The position numbers were made by a program, and so were the translations under genes. DNA of 63,700 nucleotides, filler included, from Octopus bimaculoides (lineage: Eukaryota), in assembly GCF_001194135.2 (NCBI RefSeq). It is 9 parts of 8 records of this genome, joined end to end, with 100 filler letters (N's around TTAATTAATTAA, not from the genome) between each part and the next. Parts side by side here need not be neighbours in the genome. Positions count along the whole stretch, not along the records: positions 26,638 to 47,724 come from NC_068994.1; 8 more parts are not named here. One strand, given 5' to 3'. Of the stretch, positions 26,880-41,469 are shown one piece after another. Positions within the stretch are counted from its first letter, which is position 1. Every line of letters begins with the position of its first letter. The notes beneath the pieces were generated by a model. The model saw only the letters and a program-made list of their open reading frames with translations, did no database searches and was not told the DNA's origin.

Positions 26880-27578
26880 GATCGTTGCCAGTGCCCCTGG
26901 ACTGGCTCTTGTGCGGGTGGCACAAGAAGAGGTCTCACATGTGTGATTAAAGATTTCTGGACAATGGACATGAGTTAGAATAAGAACATTAATAAATAAG
27001 TGAAGAACAAATACATGGTGTGTGTGTTTATAGGGCAAGACAAAAAATGACCATCCCAAAATACAACAATATGTGTTTCAACACATGGTTTCACATCAGG
27101 AATCTTACAACACAAATTCACATATATATATATATATATATATATANNNNNNNNNNNNNNNNNNNNNNNNNNNNNNNNNNNNNNNNNNNNNNNNNNNNNN
27201 NNNNNNNNNNNNNNNNNNNNNNNNNNNNNNNNNNNNNNNNNNNNNNNNNNNNNNNNNNNNNNNNNNNNNNNNNNNNNNNNNNNNNNNNNNNNNNNNNNNN
27301 NNNNNNNNNNNNNNNNNNNNNNNNNNNNNNNNNNNNNNNNNNNNNNNNNNNNNNNNNNNNNNNNNNNNNNNNNNNNNNNNNNNNNNNNNNNNNNNNNNNN
27401 NNNNNNNNNNNNNNNNNNNNNNNNNNNNNNNNNNNNNNNNNNNNNNNNNNNNNNNNNNNNNNNNNNNNNNNNNNNNNNNNNNNNNNNNNNNNNNNNNNNN
27501 NNNNNNNNNNNNNNNNNNNNNNNNNNNNNNNNNNNNNNNNNNNNNNNNNNNNTATATATAGATATATATATATATATA

Positions 27579-28812
27579 CAGGGTGCAAGGAGTATTTGAG
27601 GACAGTTTTGGTATACAATAAAACAACTATATTTCAGCATAAATAAATGTGCTTTGAATAAACATTTGTACAATTAGTCTTGGTAATGAGTTTTTTTAAG
27701 TAAATTATTCTATGAAACCGCCTTTTGCTCTGATGACTGCTTCAATGCAGGACTGAAACCGCTGGCATGCTGACACTATATGGTCCTTATTCATTTCAGA
27801 CATCACCTAGACAATAGCGGCCTTCAGTGAAGCCAAGGTATTATGAGAATGACGATTAGTCTGCCTTTCAACAATGTACCACACCTAGTAGTCCACGGGG
27901 TTCAAATCTGGTGAGTTTGGAGGCCACATATTGGGTTTTACATAATTGTAAAGATTGTCTGACAACCATTCTTGGGTATTAGTCCTTTGTGAGAAGGTGC
28001 TGAGTCTTGTTGAAACACGTATGGCCTTCCATTGCATACTTCATCAACCCAAGGCTTTATAACAGTTTCCAGTACCTCAATGTATCCAGCAGTATTAGTT
28101 CTAAGACTCTGTAGAAAAAAGTGGGGAGGCATCACATGACCTTCACTACTCAGCACTCCTAAAGCCATCATAGTTGCTGAAAATTTCGTGTGCATCCCTC
28201 TAGGTACTTCAGAAGGAACTGTGTATGACCACCTGTCATTTCTTCTGTTAGACTTTTGATCCTGGTAAAAGTTTTTTTCATCAGAGAAAAAAAACCAAAG
28301 CATGCTTTGTTCACGAGGGTTTTTCACTTTGTTAAGTAACCATTTTGAACGAATGAGACACGAATTGGCTTCCTTCATTGCATAGGACTTGTATCGAATG
28401 TCACAATGTACCACAGTTCTGATAGTTTATTCTGACACCTGAAGTTCTTTAGCAATGGACCTCATTCATCTTCTGGGGTTTTCATCGATAATGTTTTGAA
28501 CATGTTGTATAAGTTCCAGTGTCCTTTTAGTGTCTGAGCATTGTGAATGTTTTTTTCTCTTTGATACAGGTGAAACATTACCATCACATGCCTCCAATTC
28601 TGACTGAACTTTGTGTACAAATGATCTGGCAACATTTAGAAAGTTGCTAATTTCTAAATCGCTGTGGTATAGCAACTACGACTGCATATCATTTCATTTC
28701 TTGAGTTAGCATGATATTTTGAAAGGGTTATCTGAAAAAAAAAATGATACATTGAATAATATGAAGGTGTAATGAACTAAAAACAAAATGTCCTCAAATA
28801 TCCCTAACACTC

Positions 28813-28814
<2 letters not shown>
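27579..28814 (-). mobile_element. Full-length but inactivated maT-family (DD37D) transposon in a (TA)n tract
   Basis: ~30-bp imperfect TIRs CAG(G/A)GTG..GG..TATTTGAGGACA; FSDEK, QQDSAPSH and WPPNSPDLNPVDY with 37 residues between D2 and D3 after repairing a 1-nt deletion; internal stops. Confidence 0.92.
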
Positions 28815-28853
<39 letters not shown>

Positions 28854-28933
28854 TTGAGATTAAGTTGAATTAGGTACTTATGTTGAAGCACGAAGTCAGT
28901 CAGGTATTATCCGCACAGCTCGAAGGAGAACAA

Positions 28934-29232
28934 AATCAAAATAAGCTACAGGATATCAAGAAGTGATGCAGTACAACCGTTTCGAGCAGCTCCATTTAAC
29001 TAAACAATGCAATCATTACATCGGTTTAAATGCAGAGCTACCATCAGCTGCACAAATAAATAGAATTTTAATTATTATTAATCTGTCCAGCTGGTTAAAA
29101 TTCTATTTATTTGTGCAGCTGATGTTAGCTCTGCATTTAAATTGATGTAATGATTGCATTGTTCAATTAAATGGAGTTGCTTGAAACGGCCATACTGCAT
29201 CACTTCTTGATATCCTGTTGCTTATTTTGATT
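28934..29232. repeat. Palindrome with ~138-bp arms (28934-29071 / 29095-29232), built from the same module as 24585-24887
   Basis: Shared TTAAATGGAG(C/T)TGCTTGAAACGG...GATATCCTGTTGCTTATTTTGATT. Confidence 0.9.
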
Positions 29233-29482
29233 ATGAATATATGTTCATTTATAATAAATGACTCTTCCCAGGCACAATAAAATATGCTTTAACACACGAA
29301 TTCACATAAAGAATCTTGCAAACCACATACAAAAACGAAATTCTAAAACAAACTATATCATTAGTAAGATAGAAAGAAGCAAAAGAAAGGTAGATAATAT
29401 AATGGAGAGATACAGTCTGTGAGATAAATTATAGGATAGAGGTTGGCAAGTGTGTGTGTTTATGTACGTGTTTTTGTATATA

Positions 29483-29529
<47 letters not shown>

Positions 29530-29659
29530 GTGTATACATGTATATCTACATGTGTCTGTGTGTGTGTGTGTATATATATATAAAGAGTCAGGAAGTTTGT
29601 GTGAGAAATGAAATCCATTTTGAACTAAATTTATCATTTGTAAGGGTGTCTACTTTGTT

Positions 29660-29661
29660 GA

Positions 29662-29721
<60 letters not shown>

Positions 29722-30067
29722 AATGGTGTTGATGATGAGGATGATGGCAATGATGATGATGATAATGATGACGACAATGATGAGCATCTTTGATAATGAA
29801 TATGATAAATAACAACAAAATGATTTGAATAAAACCAGAGATTTAACTGAAAGTTGCCTCATCAATAAGTTCTGTGATGGGAGAAAGAAAGAAAGAACAA
29901 ATGTAAGAATAAAGAGAAGAAGAAGAAGAAGAAGAAGAAGAAGAAGAAGAAGAAGAAGAAGGAGGAGGAGGAGGAGGAGGAGGCGAATGAATACTTGAGA
30001 CAAAGCTTTCATCTGAAGAACTGGACAGGTGTGTGGTCAAACTTCTAAGCATGGCTATATGCATGTA

Positions 30068-30099
<32 letters not shown>

Positions 30100-30620
30100 T
30101 GTGTGTGTGTGTGTCTGTAAGTGCAGGCATTTGTGCATGTGTGTTTGTGTATGCATGCCTGTATGTTTGCATGTGTCTGTGTGTCTGTGCGTTTGTGTGT
30201 GTTTGCATGTGTGTATAGTGCATATGTGTCAGAATGCGTGTATGTGAGTGTTTTGAAAATGATGAAAGTATTTAATTGAGAAGAAAAAGGGAAGGAGAGA
30301 AAAGTGAGAGAGAAAGGGAAGGGGAGAGAGAGATAGAGAAAGAGAAAGGAGAGAGGAGAAGGGAGAAACAGATAGACAGAGACAGAGAATAAAAAGAGAG
30401 ACGGACAGAGAGGGCCAAACAGAGAAAAACAGAAACTGGAAAAGAAGAATAAGAGGGGCTACAAAAGAGATTATAAGAATGTGAGAAAGAAGAAAATGAA
30501 AGAGAAGGAGCAACAGAGAGAGAGAGGGATTATGAGAGAGAAGGGTGAAAGACAAAAAGAAGAGGAAAAAAGAGAGAGAAATGGAAAGAGAGATAAAGTG
30601 TGAGTGAAAGAAAAAGGAAA
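29660..30620. repeat. (GAT)n, (GAA)n, (GGA)n, (GT)n and GA-rich simple repeats
   Basis: Read directly. Confidence 0.95.
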
Positions 30621-30985
30621 ACAGAAAGAGTACACATGTTAATATCTTGAAATGTTCTATGATGAATGCCAACCAACTTTAGATCAGTATCCAAAAAGAC
30701 CAAATCTCCTGACTTCAAAGGATAATTTTCTGGCACTCCTTGTATGCTAACGTCTTCGGCTAGCTGACAGCAGCTGCAATGATCGCCACCAGCAACCATG
30801 GCAGCCAGCAGTATTTTTACTAGCTGCCGCCATGCAGAAGGTTACAACAACCATTAAAATGAACCAAAGCTCTCTATTTTCTGCTTAGAGAAGACAATCA
30901 GTTAATTGGTAAATTATTTGAGCATTTTGAACTTACACTTTTTGCTATTAAGAGAAAACTAAATCATTCATCTAAACAATGTACA

Positions 30986-31020
<35 letters not shown>

Positions 31021-31514
31021 NNNNNNNNNNNNNNNNNNNNNNNNNNNNNNNNNNNNNNNNNNNNNNNNNNNNNNNNNNNNNNNNNNNNNNNNNNNNNNNN
31101 NNNNNNNNNNNNNNNNNNNNNNNNNNNNNNNNNNNNNNNNNNNNNNNNNNNNNNNNNNNNNNNNNNNNNNNNNNNNNNNNNNNNNNNNNNNNNNNNNNNN
31201 NNNNNNNNNNNNNNNNNNNNNNNNNNNNNNNNNNNNNNNNNNNNNNNNNNNNNNNNNNNNNNNNNNNNNNNNNNNNNNNNNNNNNNNNNNNNNNNNNNNN
31301 NNNNNNNNNNNNNNNNNNNNNNNNNNNNNNNNNNNNNNNNNNNNNNNNNNNNNNNNNNNNNNNNNNNNNNNNNNNNNNNNNNNNNNNNNNATGTATTTAA
31401 ATATACACTGTACCTTATGAGTAATTCATAGTCTTTGGACTAAACTTTTATATGCTAGGCCACTTGGAGGTGAAATTTTTTTTTTTAATTTCCATTTCCC
31501 TTTGATACGATTAA

Positions 31515-31559
<45 letters not shown>

Positions 31560-31565
<6 letters not shown>

Positions 31566-31901
31566 ATGATGATGGTTGTCCACTTGTGAGCGAGGAAGAC
31601 CATTGCTGATCTTTAGGAACATTGTGCACTCTTGGACTGCTCTTGACAAGCATACACAACTGCAAACATTGCAAACCAAGCTTCCCTCATTCACCACTCT
31701 AGTAGTGCACTTTTAAGCAGTATGCTTAAATTCTTCATGAAGTATAAGTGCTTTTACATAGGCATCGACCCCCTCTGTAACCTGCTTCCTCCATCTGTGG
31801 TGATGACAGGCATTGCTCTTCCTGTCAGTCTCCTGAATATCACAGGCCTTTAATGAGGACTTGACACAGTCCTTAAATTGCAGCCATGGTTTCTGCTGGG
31901 T

Positions 31902-31910
<9 letters not shown>
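31560..31910 (-). mobile_element. RTE-clade LINE 3' end with (CAT)n tail
   Basis: KPWLQFKDCVKSSLKACDI...RWRKQVTEG and CNVCSCVCLSRA. Confidence 0.85.
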
Positions 31911-31955
<45 letters not shown>

Positions 31956-32104
31956 AAGACGATGTGGCCATGCCTCTGCTTAATGCTGGAGAACATCCTA
32001 GAATTATGTAGTCTTAAAGTAACTCTAGCAAAGACGAAAGATTTTGTAAGCAAGATAGAAGACTGGATAATTCTTCCATGTGGATAAAGACCATACCCAT
32101 GATC

Positions 32105-32320
32105 ATGATCATGATCATGATCATCATCATCATCATTCATTGTCTGTTTTCCATGCTGGCATGGACTGAATACTTTGACAGGATCTGACTATCTGCAGGC
32201 CTGTATCGAGTTCTTTTGTCAGCTCTAGCATGGTTTCTTTGGCTGGATGTCTTTCCTAATTTCAAACACTTTACAGTCTGTATTAGGTGCATTTATCATG
32301 CCACTGGTACGTACCTATTG
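32105..32320 (-). mobile_element. RTE-type 3' UTR or derived SINE with (GAT)n tail (related piece at 36576-36700 +)
   Basis: GCATGGAAAACAGACAATGAATGATGATG on the minus strand. Confidence 0.55.
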
Positions 32321-32449
32321 TAAACTATGGGTGGGCAACAGGTACAGAGAGGTCACAGGCAGGCTGACAGAGAAAAAAAGGACTTCATATGTGCTAGATG
32401 CTTAGAAACAGTTATGAGTGGAAGCACCTAACATACACATTCTTTCAAC

Positions 32450-32585
32450 TGCTTGGGATGTTCCCTAGAAGTAGTTGATGGCTTCAGTTACCTAGGCATC
32501 TTGATTTCTATAGGAGCTGACTGTTCTGAAAAGATAGTAGCTTGTATAAGAACAGGGTAAAAAATTTCAGGGAATTACTGTCTGT
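32450..32585 (+). mobile_element. RTE RT fragment
   Basis: LEVVDGFSYLGILI...ACIRTG*KNFRELL. Confidence 0.7.
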
Positions 32586-32599
32586 TATTTTTTTATTTC

Positions 32600-33700
<1,101 letters not shown>

Positions 33701-34101
33701 ATTTGACAACACAACAGATGAATTCTCTCTTTCTCTCTGTCTGTCTCTGACTAAGGTGCAGATTATTCATCATTCATATATGTAAAGTATAATATTGCAT
33801 AGTGGTAGCAAAATGTAGGAACTGAATGGAAAGTATGTACAAAGGCTTTGAAAGAAATAATGCGAACATGCTATACTATATGTGTAATGACTGTGTACTT
33901 GAATGACGGAGGACATATGCAGAGAGAAAAACTAAAATGGGAAATAAGAGGAATTAAAATTCATATATAGAGTGCAGCAGAAATAACTTAATTTCCATAG
34001 CTATTCCAATACAGAATTGTATATCTACTTTGTGGTTCCATTATTTTTCAAGCATTTAGACCAAACTTAGCTGTGAGCATATCTAAACATCTCTCTCACT
34101 T

Positions 34102-34152
<51 letters not shown>

Positions 34153-34291
34153 NNNNNNNNNNNNNNNNNNNNNNNNNNNNNNNNNNNNNNNNNNNNNNNN
34201 NNNNNNNNNNNNNNNNNNNNNNNNNNNNNNNNNNNNNNNNNNNNNNNNNNNNNNNNNNNNNNNNNNNNNNNNNNNNNNNNNNNNNNNNNNN

Positions 34292-34327
<36 letters not shown>

Positions 34328-34806
34328 ACATACACATACACACACACTCATATATATTATGCATATATATCATCATGCATATATATACATATATATATAT
34401 ACATGCAAATATAGGAATGCATGCACACACATATATGAATATATGTATGATATATATATATTTATATGTATATAAAAAGCTATAATGCATATCTGATATA
34501 GACTACAGCCGTGAGTTGTAGTTTATTTAATTTTATTTTATTTTAAATCATGTTTCTTGCAAACAGCAGCAACATTGATTTTAGATTCTCATTGAGCCAC
34601 TCACAGGTTCACTACATTATCACTGGGTAGAGGGATAAGTGAGTGTCTATGTAAATCAGACAAAATTAATACCACTAGGTATTTTTGTTTGCAAGCATTG
34701 GTTTATAGGCAATCCTTTCACTGACATGTATGTACAAGTATACATATTTACATACACATGCATATATGTATACATACACATATATGTCTATACATATATG
34801 TATATC

Positions 34807-34845
<39 letters not shown>

Positions 34846-35109
34846 GTATATATCTTTATATATGCACAAGCATTCACTTAAAACACTGACACAAATTAGA
34901 AGATGATATTTATAGCCTATGCCCAGACATGCGTATGCACATGTATATATTTAGCACATAGAATCATACCAATGTGCATACATACACATATATGTTGTAC
35001 TCACACACACACACAAGCATTGAAGTAAGATATATAACACCACATTTACATCCATGCATACATACACACATATACATATATATGCGTGTATATGTTTGCA
35101 TGTGTATGT

Positions 35110-35161
<52 letters not shown>

Positions 35162-36103
35162 GAAACAATCAATACACAAGCAAATAGCCTGGCTCAATAT
35201 ATACTGACAAGCTCATACATATATGCATATTCATACATATATCATCGTCCGAGACATAGGTCCACTGACACAAGTGTATATGGGCAGTGCCAATGAAAAT
35301 ATACCAAATAAGAGTAGTTCAGCTGCAGTCTATGGATCATTTATGCTGTAACTTTAGTGCCAAAACTATTTCTGGATCTGTGTTAATGGATATGGATGTC
35401 GAAGTGAGATATAGTTATTTTCAGTAAGAAATCATTTCATAGATGTTTCGTAGCCAAGAAAATGATGGCAATTTAATCAATTTGATATTTGCAAAGCACA
35501 AAAAAAAAGAAAAAAAAGAAAAGCCAGAAGTCTGAAATAGCAATTTTCTTGGTTTCTGGCCGTTGCTATTCTAATTTTAATCATTACCATGATTGTTGTC
35601 ATTAGTCATCATCATCATTGTTTAAGCCATCATTACTGTCATCATCACCACCATCAGGATTCTCATTGTTCATGCTGTCGTCGTCATCGTCATCATCATC
35701 ATCGTTGTCGTCATTGTCGTTTCACCATCACCACCACAACCATCATCATCATCATTAATACCTTCATCACCATTGTTGTTATCTTTATTCCTGGTCATCC
35801 TCCCCATCATCATCATCATCTTTATCAACATTATCTTTATCGACATCATCATCATCATCATCATCATCTTCGTCATTGTCATTATTGCCATCATGCTCAT
35901 TGCAGGTGAAGCTAGGCCTAGTTCAGTTGACTCTCGAGATGGTCATGGTGTATTTACCTCCCTTGTTAACATATATATACATTTGCACTCTTCCTTCAGC
36001 ATTAAGAGTATTTTAACTCATATTTCTAACAATGTTGGTGCTTTGGCATCCTTTTTGTATTTTTCCTTTATAGTATCACATTGCACCTAGCTGTGTATAT
36101 TAA

Positions 36104-36144
<41 letters not shown>

Positions 36145-36381
36145 CAAAAAATATATATGCATGTATACACACATATATGTATATACTTTCATCTACATGT
36201 GTATATAGATGCATATCAGGGTACAGGACGTTAGAACAATGAACTACAGACAACGGAACGAACACATAGGAAGACAGAAAGCCACTTGGAATTATTCATC
36301 AGCTGCCTCTATTCTAACTCGACGTTTCGAATATGTATAAACATACATACACACACATATATACATACATGCATATATTTA

Positions 36382-36413
<32 letters not shown>

Positions 36414-36955
36414 TATGCTTGTTTGTATGTATGTTGCGTATCTGTGTGAATGTATATATGTGTGTCTTACTACATTTGTGTTTAAACTGATGTCAGCTTG
36501 GCAGTGTTTACGTTTGTTTTTGTCTCACAACATTGTAATCTGTGATACAAAGATTAGGGATATACAACATCTTACTTGAAAAACAGAGGATGGTATCAGA
36601 AGGGGTATCTGGCTGTAGCATACTGCCTTAAGAATCTTCATCCAATCCCCAAAAAAGGGATGATGATGATGATGATAATGATAATGATCATGATGACTGT
36701 GATGATGGGCATAATGATCATGATATTAAGGAGAATGTGTATGATGACAATGTTGATAATGATGATGACAATGATCATGATGCTCTATTTTAGAGAGAAA
36801 TATTTCCTTAACATAATACTAATTTTTTTTTGTTTTCTCTTTTCTTTCTTTATTTCCAGGTGAATATATACATTTTTTATCAGCAGAATAAACAAATTTT
36901 TTCTTCTTTTTTTGTTTGGTTTGTTTTTGTTTGGTTTGTTTTCCAACATTACCAG

Positions 36956-37011
36956 CAGAGAACCTGAGAATGTAAAATTATTCCCTGAATGGTTAGCACA
37001 TTTTATCTTAT
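36956..37011 (+). CDS. Candidate internal exon A (REPENVKLFPEWLAHFIL), unidentified gene
   Basis: ~55-nt T-rich tract, CAG acceptor (NAGNAG), T|GTATGT donor, only one frame open; phase 2 to phase 1. Confidence 0.35.
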
Positions 37012-37689
37012 GTATGTTAATCAAGAAATCAAAAGCAGAGGAATGGAACAGTGGTAGCATTATTTCAAGGCCCATGTTAGTCAGTCTAGTGAGTTATACG
37101 CAGAACAACTCTGTCTTACTGAACAATGAACAGCATTAAAAACCTACACTAGCATAAGTAATTTGGTAGGAAAAGTTTCCACAATAACAACATGTCTGGC
37201 TACAAATAATGAAAGCCTAGACAGAAACTCTGTCTGTGTCTCTGTCTTTCTTTCTTTCCCTCTCTTGTTTCATTTTGTTAAAAGCAACAATGAAATCTTC
37301 CCTTTAACAAAATGTCTGCATCACAGTCGTAATAATTGAATGAGTTTTAATAATTAGAATAATTAGCTTAACGTGATTATAAGACTAATCTATCACACAA
37401 CCAGTATACTAAGTTTAAATGTAAATTGGTTGCATAGGTGCTATTTTGGATTCCATGATAAATAGTCGGGTTGTTGTTGTTGTAGTTATTCAGCCTCAGG
37501 CCAGTTGTGATTGAAGAGACTAACGATCAAAGACAATCCAGGCTTGACCACCAGCTGACAGACAAAGTCTAATATCTACTAAATAAAAATAAGAATGACC
37601 CTGCACCTGACAAGCTTCTACTCTGTTTCCATCAACGAAATTTCACTCTCAAGATTCTGATTGACTCAAGGTGGTGGTACAAGATATCT

Positions 37690-38160
37690 TGGAGGGCAAT
37701 TTTAGTCCTGACTAAATTATTAAATTTCTGAAGAAAGAGCATGGTTTGAGGGGATTTTTCTGCTAAATTTAGAGGTTTGAGAAGCCACAATAGATGTTAT
37801 TTTGTTACCTCATGATAACCTGGTTGTTTTAAAAAATTTCAAAGGTCTTTCCTGAGCTGGGTTCATAAGGCTAGTTTCTTCTGATTCTGTAGCATATAAA
37901 TTCCCCCATTGGACAGAATGCTGGTCCATTGCAGAATTACTTTTTTTTGCCAGCTGAGTGAAGTGGAGTAACATAAAATGAAGTGTTTTGCTCAAAAACG
38001 CAATACATCACCTGGTCCAGTGATCAAAACCACAATCTTATAATCACAAATGCAACACCTGTCCATTAAGTCACACCTGAATATTAAGCAACACCTGTCC
38101 ATGGTTGGTTGTTTTTTAGCCTGCAATTAATTCATTCTGGGTTCAAATCATGCTGGATTA
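37690..38160 (-). mobile_element. Possible decayed Tc1/Tc3-like transposon 5' portion
   Basis: Repeated ACACCTG motifs and a stop-ridden frame RKDL*NFLKQPGYH reminiscent of Tc3 N-termini. Confidence 0.3.
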
Positions 38161-38214
38161 GTAAAATATAAATCAACATACTCAGACACTTAATCAAAGC
38201 ATTGCTGACTATTT

Positions 38215-38545
38215 GCTTTAGTAATGTATTTGTAGAAGTGACTTGGCCAAGTGGATAAGATACTGGGCTGCCATGTTATGAAACTGGTGTTCAAATCTAT
38301 TCCTAGCATTTCATGGATAATTTTCAAGTTTCAGTCATTAGTTTGCATCATGCTTGGATATATTTTTATTGTTTGATCAAAAGGAGTAGAGTAGAAGCCC
38401 CCAAGCCTTTACCGAACCTGCAAGATTACAAAGAGAAGAAAACGTTTTCATATGACTGTAGACCTGACTTGAGTGCTTACAATAGAGTTAGTTCTACTGA
38501 AAGTATCTAATACCAAGTGGTGGTATTAAACTAAGTAATAGAATA
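38215..38545 (+). mobile_element. Old tRNA-derived SINE
   Basis: TGGCCAAGTGGATAAG (A-box-like) and GTGTTCAAATC (B-box-like). Confidence 0.45.
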
Positions 38546-38888
38546 AGTCCGCCACCCCAAAATAGGAATGACTCCGCTGACAAATTTCAACATAGTTTCC
38601 ATCTGCTAAACTTCACTAACAGTCTTCTGGTAGACCTAGTGTCATACTAGAAGAAATTTGCCAAAAGTACTCTTAGTGAGATCAAAATTAAAATTTCTAT
38701 TAATCACAGAAATCTTGACTTCAGAGTTGGGTCAAGATTTCTGGGTTTGTTTAGTTATATGAGCCTCAATTCATTTACCTATAGACTTAATTGAGCATTT
38801 TGCCTACAGTAGTTTTTTCTTTCATCTAATTAACAAAAAGAACTAATTACATATATATGTGACATATTTGGTCACCTACTATCTCAAA

Positions 38889-39145
38889 CAGTGAGTTCTC
38901 AACTATTTTTTTACCTACAAACTCCTTTGATTCCTATTTTACTCAGGTGGACTCTCATAGTCATTTGGTGTTTAAAAAATCCTCTTATATTTCCATAATT
39001 AAATATTATCAATGACTGTATCCAAAAATTGTTAAGATATTTTGTGTATTGTAGAAGTATAACCAGTTTATTGTACATAAATTTTTACAACAAAATCTTA
39101 TATGGATCCCACAAGGGTCATCTTAACCCTGGTTAAGAACAACTG
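38889..39145. mobile_element. hAT-type MITE with an 8-bp TSD
   Basis: Ends CAGTGAGTTCTCAAC / GTTAAGAACAACTG; flanks ATCTCAAA and ATCTAAAA (7/8). Confidence 0.8.
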
Positions 39146-41418
39146 ATCTAAAACAAAATGCACAACCCACTATAGCGATTTTTACTTTAAATAGATGAAT
39201 TACAAAAGATTCTTGATGCTGAGCAGCCAATTTTAGTTTTTGCTGCTGATTCTGAACTATAAATGCTACCATTTTTGCATAGCATATAAGACATGCATTT
39301 TTTTCTCCAAAAATGCTCTCAAAAATTAAACTCCATGCCCTTCATGTAAAATTGGACCTATATTACATACTTTAATGCACAAGAAAGTATTTTTCCTGAA
39401 TGTATGCACAGCTGAATTTTGAAGTGCGTCTAATATGCCTGTGTATCTCATATGCCATCAAATACAGTATTTTCACCACTTTATGTTGTAGTGTGTTATA
39501 ATTGTGTGATGAAAATAAAAGAATTGAATTGAAACGCTATAATTTTGCCAGATTACAACAATCCAACAATAACAATGACTAAAATAAAGTAGTAACCATA
39601 GCAACAGTGACAACAGCAACAACAACAGAAAGATGAAACGCAGAATCTGTAAAGGAATGGCCATAGGAACAAGATTTAATAAAAGCTAGCAAAGCCAAAA
39701 GAAATAATTGCTAAGGAAGAAATGCCACAAGCTAAAAATAGCAAAAGTAACAAACCACAGAGAGAGAGAGCTCTACATGGTCACCTAATCTGCTAGATAT
39801 AACAACTAAACTCCTTCACAGTACATCATACACACCACCTACTTGATAAAAAAAATAGGATCACATTGCATAATGTAGTCCCTGATATAAAAATATAGGG
39901 TGGTTGCAGCTGAAGTCACATCATTCTTAAGTCTGCTCCTTGAGGATTGGCCTGGGGCCAAGCAACACAACAAAAGTAGCAGCTACAGGAAGAACAATAA
40001 TGAAAGCAATAGGAGTCTCTTACACGAAGGCACACTAATAACAACAGCAATGTCAGCATTCTAAACTCAACAGATCTTAATCCTAGCATTGTTGTCTTTA
40101 CTAATATTTTCATATCACTAATGATAAATTTACTCCTTGACAGAAAGGTAACCATTTAACCATTTTGATATCAGCCCATCTGAAATTTCCTTCCTTCCTT
40201 CCTTCCTTCCTTTAATCCTTCATTCCTTCGTTCTTTGTTTCCTTCCTTCAATCCTTCATTCCTTCCCTCCCACTCTTCCTCCTTCCCCCCTTCCTCCTCC
40301 CTTCCTTTCTTCCTCCCTCCCCTCCTTCCTGCCTTCTTTTGTCTATTTCTTTTCTCTTTCCTGTCTGTATATGTGTGTGTTTTATATATTGTAGTGGGTA
40401 TAATATAACAGTGAACCTCTACAGAGTCACTCAATGTGCTAGAAATAGTAAACAAATCTCCTTCAAATTGCATTGTACCATCTAAGAAAAGAAAAGTTGA
40501 ATAATGCAGCTCTAGGTACCCTACTCCGGGAATAAGAGTGATCTTAAGTAGGCTCAAACAGGGCAAGCTTGGAGATGAATAACAAAGTTAAAAACACTCA
40601 GAATCTGTACTAAATTTCTCAAAAACCTTGATGCTATAGAAAATTAATTGAAACATATATAAAACCTTATACTCATTTAAGATATAGTCCTGAAAGAGTT
40701 AGATAAGGAAATGTCCAACCCAACTTCTTTCCTATTTTATCCCATAGAAGATCTGCAACAATTACTTAGTTCTTACAATAACACTATTAAAATAATTTCG
40801 AAATACAGGCCTTATTTGTGTTACAGAAGCATTGCATTCCTGAAAATCCTTGCTGTAGCATGGAATACTGTAGCATGAAACCTATTTTCTCATCCGCTTC
40901 CTTGTTATGTAACAAGAAAATCAATTAGAAAATAGGTTTTTGATATGAAATTCTATGTTATGGCAAGATTCTTCAAGCAAGTAATGGTTCTGTAATACGG
41001 GGTATGCTTGTAAGTAAATATAGTTTTTGGTGAGCAATCATAAGCTTTATTGCTATTTGCAAACTGTTTATGAAGACATACCTTTTAATTCTTCATAGTG
41101 CCCTATTTCCCTTTCTGCCCAGTTATGTTCTCTATCATTAGCATGGCAAGATCTTGGTTTTTCTCCACAGAGTTCAACCACCTTAACAGCCTTTTCATCA
41201 ATCTGAGAATTCTTTGGGTTTCTTAGAAGACTTCGCTACAAGATAAATATATTGAAAGGGATAATTGAGTTAATTTAGAATGTTCTAGATATATAGACAT
41301 GAATTTGGTTTTTAAAACAAAAGTTATTTGCACATAAAGTTTTTTGCTAAACTCGCAGATTCTCAACAGTTTTACTGCTTTCACAAAGATTCTTTTTCAA
41401 ATCTTGTGCTCACAAGCA

Positions 41419-41469
<51 letters not shown>

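Noticed and set aside
30659-30712. C/D-box snoRNA-like ATGATGA...CTGA
   Set aside because: Short, terminal stem poorly placed, no recognisable rRNA guide.
37823-37960. Minus-strand exon candidate LAKKSNSAMDQ...FKTTR
   Set aside because: Weak donor, and it lies in a probable Tc1/Tc3-like remnant.
41082-41236. Minus-strand exon candidate RSLLRNPKNSQ...EELK with good splice sites
   Set aside because: Another frame reads MKRLLRWL...LAMLMIENITGQKGK*G, like a decayed RTE C-terminal region, and a minus-strand chain with neighbours needed weak donors. Not fully excluded.
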